A stretch of DNA of 63,983 nucleotides, counting the filler, from Pelomyxa schiedti (taxonomy: Eukaryota > Protista > Evosea): the NCBI GenBank assembly GCA_020536535.1. It is 4 parts of 4 records of this genome, joined end to end, with 100 filler letters (N's around TTAATTAATTAA, not from the genome) between each part and the next. Parts side by side here need not be neighbours in the genome. Positions count along the whole stretch, not along the records: positions 31,996 to 60,768 come from JAHLWZ010001016.1; 3 more parts are not named here. One strand, written 5' to 3'. The position numbers were made by a program, and so were the translations under genes. Under the pieces are notes generated by a model. The model ran no database searches. It was not told the origin of the DNA and saw only the letters and a program-made list of their open reading frames with translations. How positions within the stretch are numbered: the stretch's first letter is position 1; the number at the start of each line of letters is the position of its first letter. Positions 35,551 through 48,896 of this stretch are shown here, piece by piece.

Positions 35551-38500
35551 ATGGCCAGCGCGGCACCGGAGAGGACAGCGGGGGCGGGAACTGGATTAGG
35601 GGAAAGCAGCGCGCCGAGCCCCCCGCCGCCGGCGCCGGCGTCGTCGTTGCTGACGTCGCTGCTGCCGGACGTGCCTGTGTCGCCGCCCCCAATTTCCACC
35701 ACGCCCACAACAGCGGCGGTGACGTCATCGTCTGCAGCAACTGCAGCTGTGACAAATATTGGTGGTGGGGGTAGTAGTAGTGAGGAAACAAATGGGACAC
35801 AGGGTGTTGGTATGTACATGTCCATGTGAATGTGAATGTGCCTTGTACTCCCCCTTATTTGCTGTTTGTGGTGGTTTGTGTATCCACAAATATAACTAAA
35901 GATTCAGAGCTGAGTCGACTTTGGGAACTGTGCAAGAAAGAGATGGCAATTCCTCCAGAGACAAGGGCAAAGCTGTGGAACGTAATTCCCCCATAACTAT
36001 ATGTGCCTTGCTTGTTCTCCTTAGTTATATTAGTTCTTGCTGTCTCGACATAAGCCAGGAACAGCTTCTACCCCATTGCAACAGGAAGGAATGGCAGCAA
36101 TAGTAACAGAGTCATGTTTTAGTGATGCCCAGCGAGCTCTCCACTTCTCTGGTTAACTTGTTATTTTTTTCAAATAAAAGTAAACCTTATGAACCAGAAC
36201 TTCAGAAAGTTGAACCGAAAGCACAGCAGTTAATTGCACAAATAACCACTCAGTACTGTGCTAAATGTGGGACTCCCTACCAGTATGCTATGACCCTTTT
36301 CCACCCACCTCACACAAACAGTTTGTCCTCCCGGGAAGTTGTTTGTAACTTATCCGTGGCTATTATATCCGCTGGTATACACAATGAAGATGATGCGGTT
36401 TCCTGTTTGACAGCTTTGGCCTCAAAATACCTGCCCCATGTTCTTCCAACATTATCAAGTCCATTGATATTATATCCTTTTTTTTTCCCTTCATAGATCC
36501 CTTGTTGTTCAACTTGACTATCGTCCTTTTCCACACAGGCCTCAGTCAAATGCTCACCCTTTTATTGATGTATCACGACCCCCAGTTGGCAATACATCTT
36601 AGGCACCAAGGATTTCAGTGTTCCACGTTTCCTAGAGATTGGATGTGCAATCTCTTTGCTGGTTCCTGTGCCACTCTGGGTGTTTTCATCTGCTTGTTAG
36701 ATTACTTTTTGTTGGCAGATGATCACTTTGCTTTCATATTATTGGCTTGCTCCGTGGTCTTATCCATGAGGTACAGAAAACCTCTTAGGCAAAATAACCG
36801 CATGCAGGAATGAAATTATGGGCTTGAAAACTTCCAATCAAATCACTGACCTTCTTCGATCTTTCAGCTTTACAGAAGCCACTCTCAAAACCATTTTGGT
36901 GTCTTACAAGAAAATTTCTGTCGATACACCCACTTCTTTTAAGTACATGCAACTACGTTAGCCCGGTCTAACCTGTGTAGGAAACAAGTGCATGCCACAA
37001 TGACACACACCCCTCATTTCGAGAAGTGGATAGATTCCTACTCCAAGACCTCTTTGTGTATTCAAATTTCTGCACTCGATTTAGCCCTTGACAAGGTAAT
37101 ATGTCTTCCTCTGTTCCCATGCTCAAGTTTATTAAAGAAGCATAATGGGTTCCACTACTTCATCTGTGATTGCCGTCCAACCTCTCACTTCAAAGCTGGG
37201 TCCCTTCCTACAGCTTACCATTTTAATCCAATCAACGTGTGTTAAGCTCTCATCATTATTTTGTTTTCAACACCTTCAAGGTTCAGACACCGCAGCGAAT
37301 ACAAGACCTTGTTTCTCAGATTCGTATCATGGTGAATGCAAAACGTGAGCTTGGGAAAACTCTCCATGTAACACTTTGTGGTGTTGGGAGGTACTTTGAA
37401 AGTTCTTTTCCACTTAATTCATTTCGGAGCAGTCACGAACCGAATTCCCCTGGCTATGTTGAATTACAGTCTGTACTTGTAGCTGTGCTCAAGGCCGGCA
37501 TTACTAATGTTAGCATTTTCCGGCGTGGCTTTGAAGGTACCATTAATCCTTTTTGCCCTGTCTGACTTCATCAAATCAGCAATACACGACTTGTATCTCA
37601 CTGGTTGCTCCATTTTCTCGCAATGGGTTACCAACACTTTGCAGGTAAAATTGAGCTCGCGGCCCATGATGCTGATAACTGCCCTGAATGCACCAGGCAA
37701 GATACTTGGCCTGATGGGGAGGTGCTCGCTGCCGAAATTGCTCAGTCCATAAGCAACACTGGGAAAAGTTTCCTCCATTCTATATCAACAAAACTTCCAC
37801 AATTTAAGTCTCCTCTTGCTGTAATCTCTAAAGCCACAAATACTCCTTCCACACCGCAACCTCCACAACAAGGTGTCAACGTCGCAACAAAACCCTCTGC
37901 TTTAAGTCCATCAGTTGCCCCTGATTCTAAAAGTGTCAAAACGGACCCACCAAAGACCCCTATTCCTTCTAGTGAACCCACAAATAAGCCAGCACCTGAA
38001 GTGAAACCTGTTTCCCTTGCTCAGCTGCCTCCCCCAGTTCTTGCACAACCAGAGAAAGTAGAAGTACCACCATCTGTCAACCAGGTTTCTCCTCAAAACC
38101 AAGCGGCACCAACAGCACCCCTTTCCACCACTCCCCCTTCCACCACCAATTCAAGTTCCACACAAGTATCTTCAACCCCAATGGGGGAAATTCCACTTTC
38201 AGCTGCTACTTCTACCGCTCCTTCCACCATGTTTTCTCTCTTTGGGGAGGATGAGGATGGTATCTAGTTGATTAAACTTGCGTGACTAACATTCTGCAGA
38301 ACAAGCTCCTACACCCCCGATCCCAAAGGCAAATACAACAACAACTACAGAGGGAGAGCCAAGCGGCGCACAGTTGAGCACATGGACTGCAGACTCAAAT
38401 AACCACTTGTTTCCCATTCAACCTGAATCTCCCGGTACCAAAGGGTATCTAGTGCACTCTGTACTCATTTGTTGCCTCTCACACAGTAAAAAGATACCTT

Positions 38501-38590
38501 GTAGTGAATAGTACATCATTAATCTGGCTACGGCAGAGTAACAGCACATCTCTTGTGACGCCGGCCATAACTGTGCCACTAAGTGACTTA
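35551..38590 (+). CDS. TBC1D23: TBC1D23-like protein (TBC domain + rhodanese-like domain)
   Basis: IPPETRAKLW, LLLMYHDPQLAIHL...DWMCNLFAG...DDHFAFILL and YFICDCRPTSHFKAGSLPTAYH. The 3' end is approximate. Confidence 0.75.
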
Positions 38591-38832
38591 GATAAAATAA
38601 GTATGAAAAAACTCAACCCAAAGCTGCTAATTTTCAGGTGAAAGAACCCACCCTATCGCAAACTTCACTTATAAAACTAGGTTTAAAACAACGCCGGAAT
38701 GTCAGGTCATTGCCATCGACGATCCCAAAGACATAATAAAGACGGTCTCCGAAATAACATCGCCACCATAACAAAACAACAATAACAAACAAATACCCCA
38801 CAGTAAAGGAAAAAAACCCAAAAAAAGATGTT

Positions 38833-38904
38833 TGGCCCCGCACAGAATCGAACTGTGATCAAAGGATCCAGAGTCCTCTATACTAACCATTATACTACGG
38901 AGCC
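38833..38904 (-). tRNA. tRNA-Gln(CTG)
   Basis: Reverse complement: GGCTCCG TA GTAT AATGGTTA GTAT A GAGGA CTCTGGA TCCTT TGAT CACAG TTCGATT CTGTG CGGGGCC A. This forms a full cloverleaf with a TTCGA T-loop; a T-run Pol III terminator follows a few nt downstream. Confidence 0.93.
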
Positions 38905-39254
38905 TTCCACTTTGACACACCACGGTNNNNNNNNNNNNNNNNNNNNNNNNNNNNNNNNNNNNNNNNNNNNNNNNNNNNNNNNNNNNNNNNNNNNNNNNNN
39001 NNNNNNNNNNNNNNNNNNNNNNNNNNCTGTCCAAAGGCTACCATGCACCCCCTTACTGTTAATTTTTTCGTTTTCTCCAAGAAATTTTTTCCCCCACCAC
39101 CAGAGACCACCGTACTTCCAAAACTTTAGGTTGTCCCACCCAAAAGTTGCTCGTGTGCACTCGCCACTTTTGGGTGGTTACCTCTTGTTCTGTGCCTCTG
39201 ATCTGTTAGCCGCAGTTGCACATCGATATTACCTTTTTTTTACGCTCATTAGTG

Positions 39255-42200
39255 ATGCACGCAGCCTCGCAGCCTTCGTCGGGTGCGTCCACCCCCGCCA
39301 CCACGTCGCGCCCCCGGCCCCGCACCACCCCGGGCACCGTCGCCGCGAGCCCCTCCGCCTCGGGCGCCGCCACCCCCGCGCCGGCCAGCAAGAGCGCCCC
39401 CCCGCTCACGCCCAGCCACCGCCCCCGCGCCTCCGCCTCGGCGGCCGCCACCAAGCACTCGACGTCCACATCCACATCCGCGGCCGCCGGGCGCAAGATC
39501 CGCGTCGCCACGGCGCCCGCGGAGTACCCGGGCAAGCGGAGGACGTGCGAGCACCCGATGAGGTACACGGACGTGCCGGCGGAGCAGAGCGAGGGGCTGC
39601 GCGACGCCGTCAGGCAGCACGTCGACTCGTTCAATTTCTTCCTGGGGGAGGGCAAGGACCGCCTGGTCAGGCACCTGACGCCAGCCCTGTTCGAGCTGAG
39701 GACGAAGCAGGAGCCCCAGGGGGCGGGGGCGGGGCTAGGGCTAGGGGAGAAGAGGGCCGAGGGAGAGGGAGGGGAGGATGCAGGGGAGAGCGAGGAGGCC
39801 AAGGCCCAGAGGGACAAGAGGAAGGCGGATACCACTGAGGAAAGTGGGTGGGCAATGAAAGGTTGGTGTTGTTTTGTTGTTTTGTTGTTTTGTTGTTTTG
39901 TTGTTTTGTTGTTTTGTTGTTGTTTTGTTGTTGTTTTGTTGTTGTTTTGTTGTGTTGTTGTTTTGTTGTTCATGAATTTGGCTGACTGACGAATTTCAGT
40001 GAAAGTTAAAGAAATTACGATTCACCACCCAAGGAAGAATGGAATGGACCCTCTTTACCCGTTTGAGGTTCACTATTACCGTTGAAAAAAAAGAGCTTAA
40101 CTTTTTTTTTTTTTTTTTTTTAATGACAGTGCCGTGAAGGAAATCTATCCTATACGTCACCAGTGTCAGCAAAGTTGCAAGTTTCCTTCCCACCCTACCC
40201 AGGTGGTTCAGGTGGTACTGTAAAGCACGACGTTTCTGTGTCTCTTGGCAGGATTCCTCTCATGGTAACCTGTTTGATTGTATTATCACGTCATTAATTA
40301 GTTCCTCTTAAGGTGTGTTCATCTCTGTGCTGGCTTAATTCCGAGGTAAAAAAGCCAAAGGACATGGTTGCACTACATGAGGATGAAAATGAGGTCAATA
40401 CTCCTCGTGAATGAATGCTATTTCCTTTTATTCATCGTTATATATTCCAGATGGGAGGTTACTTCATCATCAACGGTCTGGAAAAGCTTTCTCGAATGCT
40501 TATATATCAAAGACCAAACCATCCTGTTGTTGTAAATAGGCCCAGTTGGCAATCAAAGTCGCCTCTGTTCTCCTCACTGGGTTGCATGATTAGATGTATG
40601 AGAGATGACTCCACCACGCAGACTTGCACTCTCCACTATCTTACAGATAGTACGGCTAGGCTTCGCTTTATAGTAAGTTGACCTCATTTATTACAACTGA
40701 TTCACCTCTCTTTTTCCCTCTACACAGCACCGTAAACAAGAATTTTTCCTACCTATCGTTACAGTGCTCCGAGCACTTGGTGGCTTAACAGATAAAGAGA
40801 TATTTGAGCGCATCACACGCAAGGATCCAAATAACCCCACATTGGTTGGAGCAGCTGAGATGTTACTCAGAAAACAATCAGAAAATACAACAGACCCCTC
40901 TAACTGGCCTGGAGGTTTCAACAAAGAAACGAAATATTTGCTTTGACCCCTTGTGCAGTTGATCTCCGTAAATCATCTTTACTGTGGCTAGGACAGAACT
41001 TCCAATTTCAATTAGCATTCCCATCAAATTGGAGTGTGGAAAAAGTAGGGAAAAAAATGCTTCAGAAATTTGTCTTGGTGCATCTGGAGAGTCCAATTGA
41101 CAAGTGTAACTTACTGATGTATGTCAATCAGTTGATACCTTTCTCCATCTAAAGAGGTCTCTCAAAAGATTTATGATGCAGAAGCTTTACGCAGCTGCAA
41201 ATGGGGAGATTGAGGAAGATAATGTTGATTCACCAATGAATCACTGTATCTTGACGTCTGGGCACCTTTACCTTACTGTTTTTAAAGTTTGATTCTTCAC
41301 TTCAGGAAGTAACACTAATGTTTCCTAAAAAAACAAAAGGATCATCTTCAAGACTGGCTTTTCAACTTAAAGACAGCATACGAATTTGAATGCCAGAAAA
41401 AAAGTACTTACTTCACTCTAGGTAATTAGTTTCCTTTTCCATTTCTTCTCCTTACATTGATTAGAGAGGTTCAAGAAACTTGCCGATTCCACAGAGAGCG
41501 GAGTGGGGAGAAAAATGTTGTACTTTTTGGCAACAGGCACTCATAACAGTAAAAATAGCATCGATCTAATGCAAGTTTGTTCACTTCAAAATAATAACTT
41601 CTTTTTTAAATTGTATGGTGAAGACAACAGGTTTTGTACTCGTTGCAGAGAAACTCAATATTTTCCGTTGGCTGTCACATTTTCAGTCCGTTCACAGAGG
41701 CTCTTTTTATGCGGAGATGAAGGTATTCGCCACTTGCGGTACTCATCCAGTTACATTGAATAGACCACATCTATCCGCAAATTGATGCCAGAATCTTGGG
41801 GCTTCTTCTGCCCTGTCCATACACCTGATGGTGCGCCTTGTGGCCTGTTAAATCACCTGGCTGTTGCCTGCAAAGTTATGTGCACAGACATGCACGACAA
41901 GTGAGTCTTTTATAGCATTTCTTCAATTCTTATTCTTGTCAGTTTAAAGGCCATTGAAGAGTTTCTTTATAACCTTGGGATGCTCAACACAACAAATACT
42001 GTCTTACCTTCCTTCTGTGTTTCCGTGTTGCTTAATGGAAGGCTCATTGGGCAGTTGCCGCAGGATCGCTGTAAAGCTGTGACAGATGCTCTGCGCCTTG
42101 CTAAAATCAAGCACCTATACAATGTTGTTATCACGCTTTAATTAACTCTGCTAATTCCCTTTTAGATTCCATGGCATCTCGAAATCGTTTATGTTGATGG

Positions 42201-44630
42201 GAAACTTGGAAATGGATACACTTCTATCTACCTGTCAACCGACATGGCCAGAATGATAAGACCTGTATTACATGTTCCCACTGGTTTGGTAGAGTGGATT
42301 GGAATTTTCGAACAGGTTCCGGCGAAACAATTTTTTTAACAAAAACCAACAGTTGTTCTCAGGTTTTTATGGATATTGCATGCAGTAATACGGGTGCGGA
42401 GCCCCTCACATTAGCGGATGCTGAACACCGCGAACTTACACCAACAAACATGCTAAGTCTTCTCGCCAATACTATCCCATTCCCGGATATGAATCAAAGC
42501 CCAAGAAACATGTATCAATGCCAAGTAAAACTACATTCAAAATGTTTTCTGGTTGAGCTGAGATACTGCGTAGATGGCAAAGCATACAATGGCCACACCT
42601 TGTGCCAACTACGCCTACAGACTTGATACAAAAATGCTTCACTTAAACTATCCCCAGAGACCTATTCTTCGGACTAAATATGATTCCCCCTACCGTTTTG
42701 GTTCTTATCCACAGGGGACAAATGCTGTAATTGCTGTAATTTCCTACACAGGTACATTGAAGTTTTTCTTACTACTTGTAACAGTCTCATAGGTTATGAC
42801 ATGGAGGATGCCTTCATAGGTCCGTAGTTTCTTTAATCAAAAACACACTGTGTCCTTCCTAACGTTGTGCAGTTAACAAGGCGTCAGCAGAACGGGGTTT
42901 TGCTCATGCAAGTATGTTTAAGACTTACAAAATTCTGCTTGAGGACGATAGAAAAGTATCATATTTTTGAGTCCTTACAGCCTCATGAATAACATATGTG
43001 CAGTACAAGGGCAGCACAGAATACTGCCTCGGCCATGATGGTAAAGGTAGAGGAAAGGACATCCTTGATAGAGACGGCCTTCCGTATGTGTAACGGATAC
43101 TTATCTGTGCTAAGAACAAATAGGTCTCCAGGAGACAGAATTTCCGCCAACGAGCCCTTTTATACAGTGATGAATAGAACCACAGGAGAGCTGAAGCCGA
43201 AAATTTCAAAGGGAGAAGAGGGTTAGTAGTACAATCCCACCTCCCCACTTTAACCATACTGGCTACAGCTGTGGTGGATCAAGTTCGGGTTATTGGCTCT
43301 TTTGATAAATCAATGGGATATCTTACTGAGAAAGTCCCCCGACTGAAGACAGCCAGTGTCAAGGTACAAGCCAAAACTTCTGTGCCTTGTCTCATTACAT
43401 GTAGCTCAGATATAATCGAAACCCTGTCATTGGCGACAAATTTGCAGCTCGCCACGGGCAGAAAGTATATTTCAAAAACCTCTTGCCTCCTTTTGACCAC
43501 TTTAAGGGAGTTCTGAGTCAACTGTGGCCACAACAGGACATGCCTTTCACGGAGTCGGGGATGACTCCTGACGTTATAATAAAGTGAGTGATCTTCATCT
43601 TTTTTATTGAGTGCCTCCCTGTCTCACGTTTTGCAGTCCTCATGCCTTCCCATCCCGTATGACAATTGGAATGCTAGTGGTAATTTACCTCTTTTTTTTG
43701 CAATACATGTTGAGTTTTAAATTAATTCAAGTTGCATAGGAATGTATGGCCTCAAAGTCTGGGGCTCTTCATGGAACCGAACAGGATTGCTCCCCATTTG
43801 TGTATTTATTCAGCCATCCTGTGCCAGTTAAATCTTAGGCAATACAAAGGTTCGACGAGAAAAATCGGGCGGTTGACTACTTTGGGGAGCAACTTGTTAA
43901 GGCTGGCTATAACTACTTCGGCAATGAACCTCTTTACAGTGGCATTACTGGAACTCCATTTTATGCCGACATTTTCTTTGGGGTATAAAGTCAGTTTATT
44001 TTGGTTTTTCCTAAGATTCGTCTGAAGATTGTCTATTACCAAAGGCTGGTACATCAAGTGAAAGACAAGTACCAAGTGAGAGCGCAAGGGCCTGTAAATC
44101 AACTGACACAGCAACCCCTTCACGTAAGTCAAAGTATCTCTTTACCCGAGTTCAACTTGCTTATGTGTACCAAAAGGGAAGGAAAAGAGGAGGAGGAATT
44201 CGATTTGGCGAAATGGAACGAGTAAGGCCCTCCTAAACCCAAAACTACCCGAGTAACCACCTCCTAGGATTCAATAATCGGGCACGGCGCGTCCTATCTC
44301 TTGCACGACCGCTTATTTGTCTGCTCCGATAAATCCATGGTATGTTGTCCAAAAAAAAAAAAAAAAAACAAACCACTCCAAAACCTCAAAACAAAAAACC
44401 TCACTACTCCACAGGCCTTTGTATGTACCAAATGCGGAAGTATTACATCGCCGGTAGCCGAGCAGACCACCGGAGTAGCATCCTGCACACTGTGCAAATC
44501 CCGCACAAATGTAACAAAGGTGGCTATACCGTTTGTGCTGAGGTACCTTGCTGCCGAGCTTTCTGCTATGAACATCAAGGTAGTACTGGATTGCAACATG
44601 GCCGGGAGAACACAAGCCGGCAGAATCTAA
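39255..44630 (+). CDS. RPA2: DNA-directed RNA polymerase I second-largest subunit, highly intron-rich
   Basis: [99 protein letters not shown] and [12 protein letters not shown] (Pol I-type forms). Confidence 0.95.
39867..39970 (+). repeat. Imperfect (TTG)/(TTTTGTTG) microsatellite in RPA2 intron 1
   Basis: Directly visible. Confidence 0.9.
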
Positions 44631-45188
44631 GGCCACTATAAAGCAACCAAATGAAATAAACCATGTTTGGTGCACATAGTCCTTCTTGTTGTTTGGCTTG
44701 TGAGTAGTCCTTTTTAGCTTTCAGCCAACCCATAAGTATTACCGAAAACGGAAAACAAAGGATAACATAGGAAGAACCGGGCTACGTTACAGTCAAAAAG
44801 TCTCTGATGATACCCCAATTTGCGTGAAATCGATGAGTGCAAAACGTCATAGTTACACTGAGACTTTTTTGAAGGAACTAGTGTGATGACACCCTTTTGG
44901 TCCGTGTTTCTGAATCCCTTGGAGAAAACATACACCAACCTCTGACTAGTCTCTTCATTTTTTTTCTTCCGTGCTACTCTTCTCGGTGACTGTTAAACTG
45001 TTGAGCCCAGAAGAAACTGGAGCACAATGAAGCAGGGGAGTGGCGTCAATCACGGGCTATTCGGGGAACAATCATAAAAAAATAAGAAAGATCGGTGTGG
45101 AGGGATCTAGACCCGTAGGACATTACACATCCGCACCGACTGCGACAGTGTTACTTGTTGTAATTAATTGAGGGGTGTGAAGTAAAGA

Positions 45189-46370
45189 ATGGCCACGGAT
45201 GAGGACAGACAGAAAACCGGCTTGTTGTCGGAAATCCGGCCGCAAGATCCCTTCAATGTTGTTCGAGGGTACCTCTACGTTTATAGTTGAACTGGTTTGT
45301 TATAACCCTATTATATTTACCGTGATGAATGGCAGGGAGGTTCAAACCGCCATCCAAGGAATGATGACGCTGTACGATCAATGGAAACTTCTGCTGGAAG
45401 AGTCCCCTACCAGCATGGACTACCAAACTACAACAAAGGACCTTACTGACGCTGCTCGTAACATAGAATGGGATTTGCAGTATGCTTAAGCCTTTTCTTT
45501 TGAAGTTTTTAATACACTACATTAACGCATGACATTAGAGATCTAGAGGACTCTGTTGGTGAGAACCGCTTTGTTCTTTGTTTGTTTGATTTTTCCAAAA
45601 CGCTCTCTTAAGGTGTTGTGGAGGCAAACCGGCACAAGTTTACGATTGACGCCACTGAGTTAGCTGCTCGGAAAGATTTCATTGTTAAATCGAGAGAAGC
45701 ACTCGTGAAAGTACAGCAAGACTTGAACAGCCCTGAAACAGCATTGAAACTACAAACTGATTCCAGAGCTGTACGAATAAAAAAAAACCACACCACGAAC
45801 TTAGTTCATCTTTTAACAGGCTCTCATGAAAAAACGGGAAGCGCCGGCCGCTACCAATAGATTTGCCAAACTGGAGAAGCAAATTGAAGAAAACAACCAA
45901 GAGTTCATCAATAACCAAGTTCAAGCGCAAGAAGTAAAAAGCCAACTACTCTTTGCTATTCCTCTAACTGCGCTCGTAGCAAATAAAACAGGAACAAGAC
46001 AAGAACTTGGATAGGCTCCACTCGACTGTCAAGACAATTGATGCCATGGGTAGAGTTATGTCAGATGAATTAGCAACTCAAGACAAGTGTGTGAAATTGT
46101 TTTTGATGAAAACTAAGTATTTGAAATAACAGGCTGATCACACAGCTTGGCGATGAGGTAGACAAAACCGACGGAAAAATACAGTCTGCCGTCAAGAGAG
46201 TCAATGAACTCATTGACAAAACAAACGGTACGGATGTTGTTTTCCTGCAACAACTTCATATTCCCAAACAAAACCACTGACCTTTTAACACAGATAGTAA
46301 GCTGATGATCATTATTGTTGTGCTGGTAGTAGTGCTAGTCGGCATAGTTGTTGGTATTATCTTCATATGA
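45189..46370 (+). CDS. STX6: Syntaxin-6/Tlg1/SYP61-type Qc-SNARE
   Basis: DPFNVVREEVQ, IEWDLQDLEDSV, ELAARKDFI, SNARE motif QDKNLDRL...ELATQDKLI and a C-terminal TM segment LMIIIVVLVVVLVGIVVGIIFI. Confidence 0.9.
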
Positions 46371-46679
46371 TGGTATCACAAACCCCACAACCACCAACAT
46401 CCCCAATCCTATGTACAAACTTCAACATAAAACCACACCAAGTCAACTATTCAGTCTCTTCTCACACGTCTCATTTTGTTTGAAATTCAACAGAAAACTC
46501 GGCAACCACTTTTTACGCCGGTTCTCATAACAACACTTTTTATTATTTATCGTCTCATCAACACACGAAAGCAACACCCCACACAGCGCAAAACAAAACA
46601 AAAAAAACGGTTTGGGCACCCGGCTGTTGTTGAGTTGTTGGGGATTATTTAATAAATCACAAGCAAAGCGAGAAGGCGG

Positions 46680-48732
46680 ATGTACAATTGTGGGCCAATA
46701 CCATTGCAATTGCAACCTCAACAATCACAATTCACAAATAGTACCAATACCCCTGTTTCATCATCACCATCCACATTTCAACAACAACCAGTAGTGTCAA
46801 CAAGCAACACTTGTACTGCCACACCTGGTAGTAGAAGGGGAGGGACATTTGTTGGGATGTCATTTGTGGGATGGGGTAGTGCTGCTCTTGGGAATTGCAA
46901 TGCAAATGCAATCAATCATTACACTAACACAATTAATTCTGTCAACACAAATAACTTCGGCCAGAACACCAATGTATCACAACAACCATTCTCCCTTCTC
47001 GGAAACTCCACTACCAACAACACCGGCAATCCCATCATTAACGGCTACTCTCATGTCTCACAACAGCAACAGCAGCCGTGGATGGAATCCAAGTTTGGAG
47101 GGGATGGCGATCCTGCAGCTGATATGAGTGAATATGTTGCTTCTGCTAATGTAGGTGGGATGGCAAGCCGCCCAATCCCAGCTTCTTTACCTTCATCGTT
47201 TACTACTCCTGCTTCAATTTATACCCCCTCATCTTCGTATTCTTCTTCCCCGACGTTGTATGCACCTACACCTGCGCCTGCTCCTGCGCAGAACCAATCG
47301 GTCCTGTTTGAGTCTTCAGAGACAAACAACAACTACGACAATGTCAGCAGGAATCATGGCGTAGTAATCTCCCCGGGGGTATACGTTCCCCAGTTTGGGA
47401 ACTCCTATTATGGAGGATCGAGGACTGAAAGTTCATGGAGTGGAAATGAGTACACTAGCGACGGAAACGAATCTGGAACTGACATGAACTTTGGAAATAA
47501 GGCCCCTTCTTATGGCTCTAATACAGCGCGGGGAAATAGCAGCACAAGCACAGCCTCTTCTTCCTCGGGAACCAGCGGGAATTCTGGAAAAGTGCCTCTG
47601 TTTGTACGGAAGTTATGGGATGCTGTAAATTCTCCTTCCAACAAAGAAGTCATTTCCTGGTCTCGCACTCACAATAACACTGCCTTTGTTGTCAGTACGT
47701 ACTTTCCTATTACTACACACAACTAAGTGTGAACCAGGAAATATCATTGAATTTACTTCACGTGAACTTCCAGCAATTTTGAAACATACAAATTATGCGG
47801 GTTTTGTAAAGTATATCCTTGAAACCCGATTGAAACTCCTCACATCTTCACAGGCAACTGTACAACTACGGATTCTCTAAAATCGAGGAGCAGGAAGTCT
47901 ATGCGCACCCCCAGTTCCTATTGAATGCCCCCCACTTGCTTAAAAATGTGGTGCGAACTAAACGGCAAAAACCTGAACCACCTCCTCCGGTAACACATTT
48001 CCGCCAGCCTCCCCTTCCAGCGTCTTCCACAGCACCTGGCACATCCCCAACACAAATGCCTAAGCTGCAAGACCTTGCCATGCAACTGGCCTTTCTGCGA
48101 ATCCAGGCTGAAGAGAATAAATCACTGCTAGAGGAATTCATTGTTGAAGTTGGAAAATCACAGAATAAAGAGATGCAACTTGTACAAATGGCTCATGACT
48201 TGGCAACCAAGTACTTTATTTGACGGTTTTCTTTTCGGCCTAACTCCATCTCAGTGCCTATCACCTCAATACTGATCAGCAAACTTTTCCGGCTTCATCC
48301 GCACCAAGCTCCAGCATTCCATTCAACGCAAATTACCAACAGGACCAGGAAATGCTACAGCAACAATACGCGTTCCAACAAATGCTAGTCAAACACGAGC
48401 AAGAAATTAGCGAGAGCAAACCACAAATCCAACAACTTCTATCCCACATTATCCCACAAGCTCCGGATCAAAGCATGGAATCCGCTCCACAACCAACCAC
48501 CTCATCCTCATCGATAACTACCACAACTACTACAACTACAGCGGCAAGCCCACCACCCATTCCACCGCCAATGCACATTCACTACCGGCATCATTCCGCA
48601 CAGCCAACAGCACTAACTACACCTCAAATACCATCACCATCATCCACCGATGCACAGTTGGACTTGATTCACAGCATGATAATGTCACAGGAACTAATTC
48701 CCGACGGCTTGGACGATTCCAGTTACTGGTGA
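46680..48732 (+). CDS. HSF-type DNA-binding transcription factor with a long N/S/T-rich N-terminus
   Basis: PLFVRKLWDAV...VISWS...AFV, LPAILKHTNYAGFVKQLYNYGFSKI and YAHPQF...PHLLKNVVR, followed by a heptad-like segment and a Q-rich region. Confidence 0.82.
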
Positions 48733-48896
48733 TTCATTCATTCCTCAATTTATTACAATTTGCATCACCATACGTTGTAAAAAAAAACAAAAAAACTTAA
48801 GGCATAGCTATGCATGTTTTTTTGACATAGCTCCTCTCAATAGTGTTATTTCCTTAGTTTATTCACAGGAGGATTTTATGAGGCTGGTAGTGATGC

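Noticed and set aside
38828-39838. 336-aa ORF crossing the gap
   Set aside because: Reads through the antisense tRNA, Ns and an off-frame part of RPA2 exon 1.
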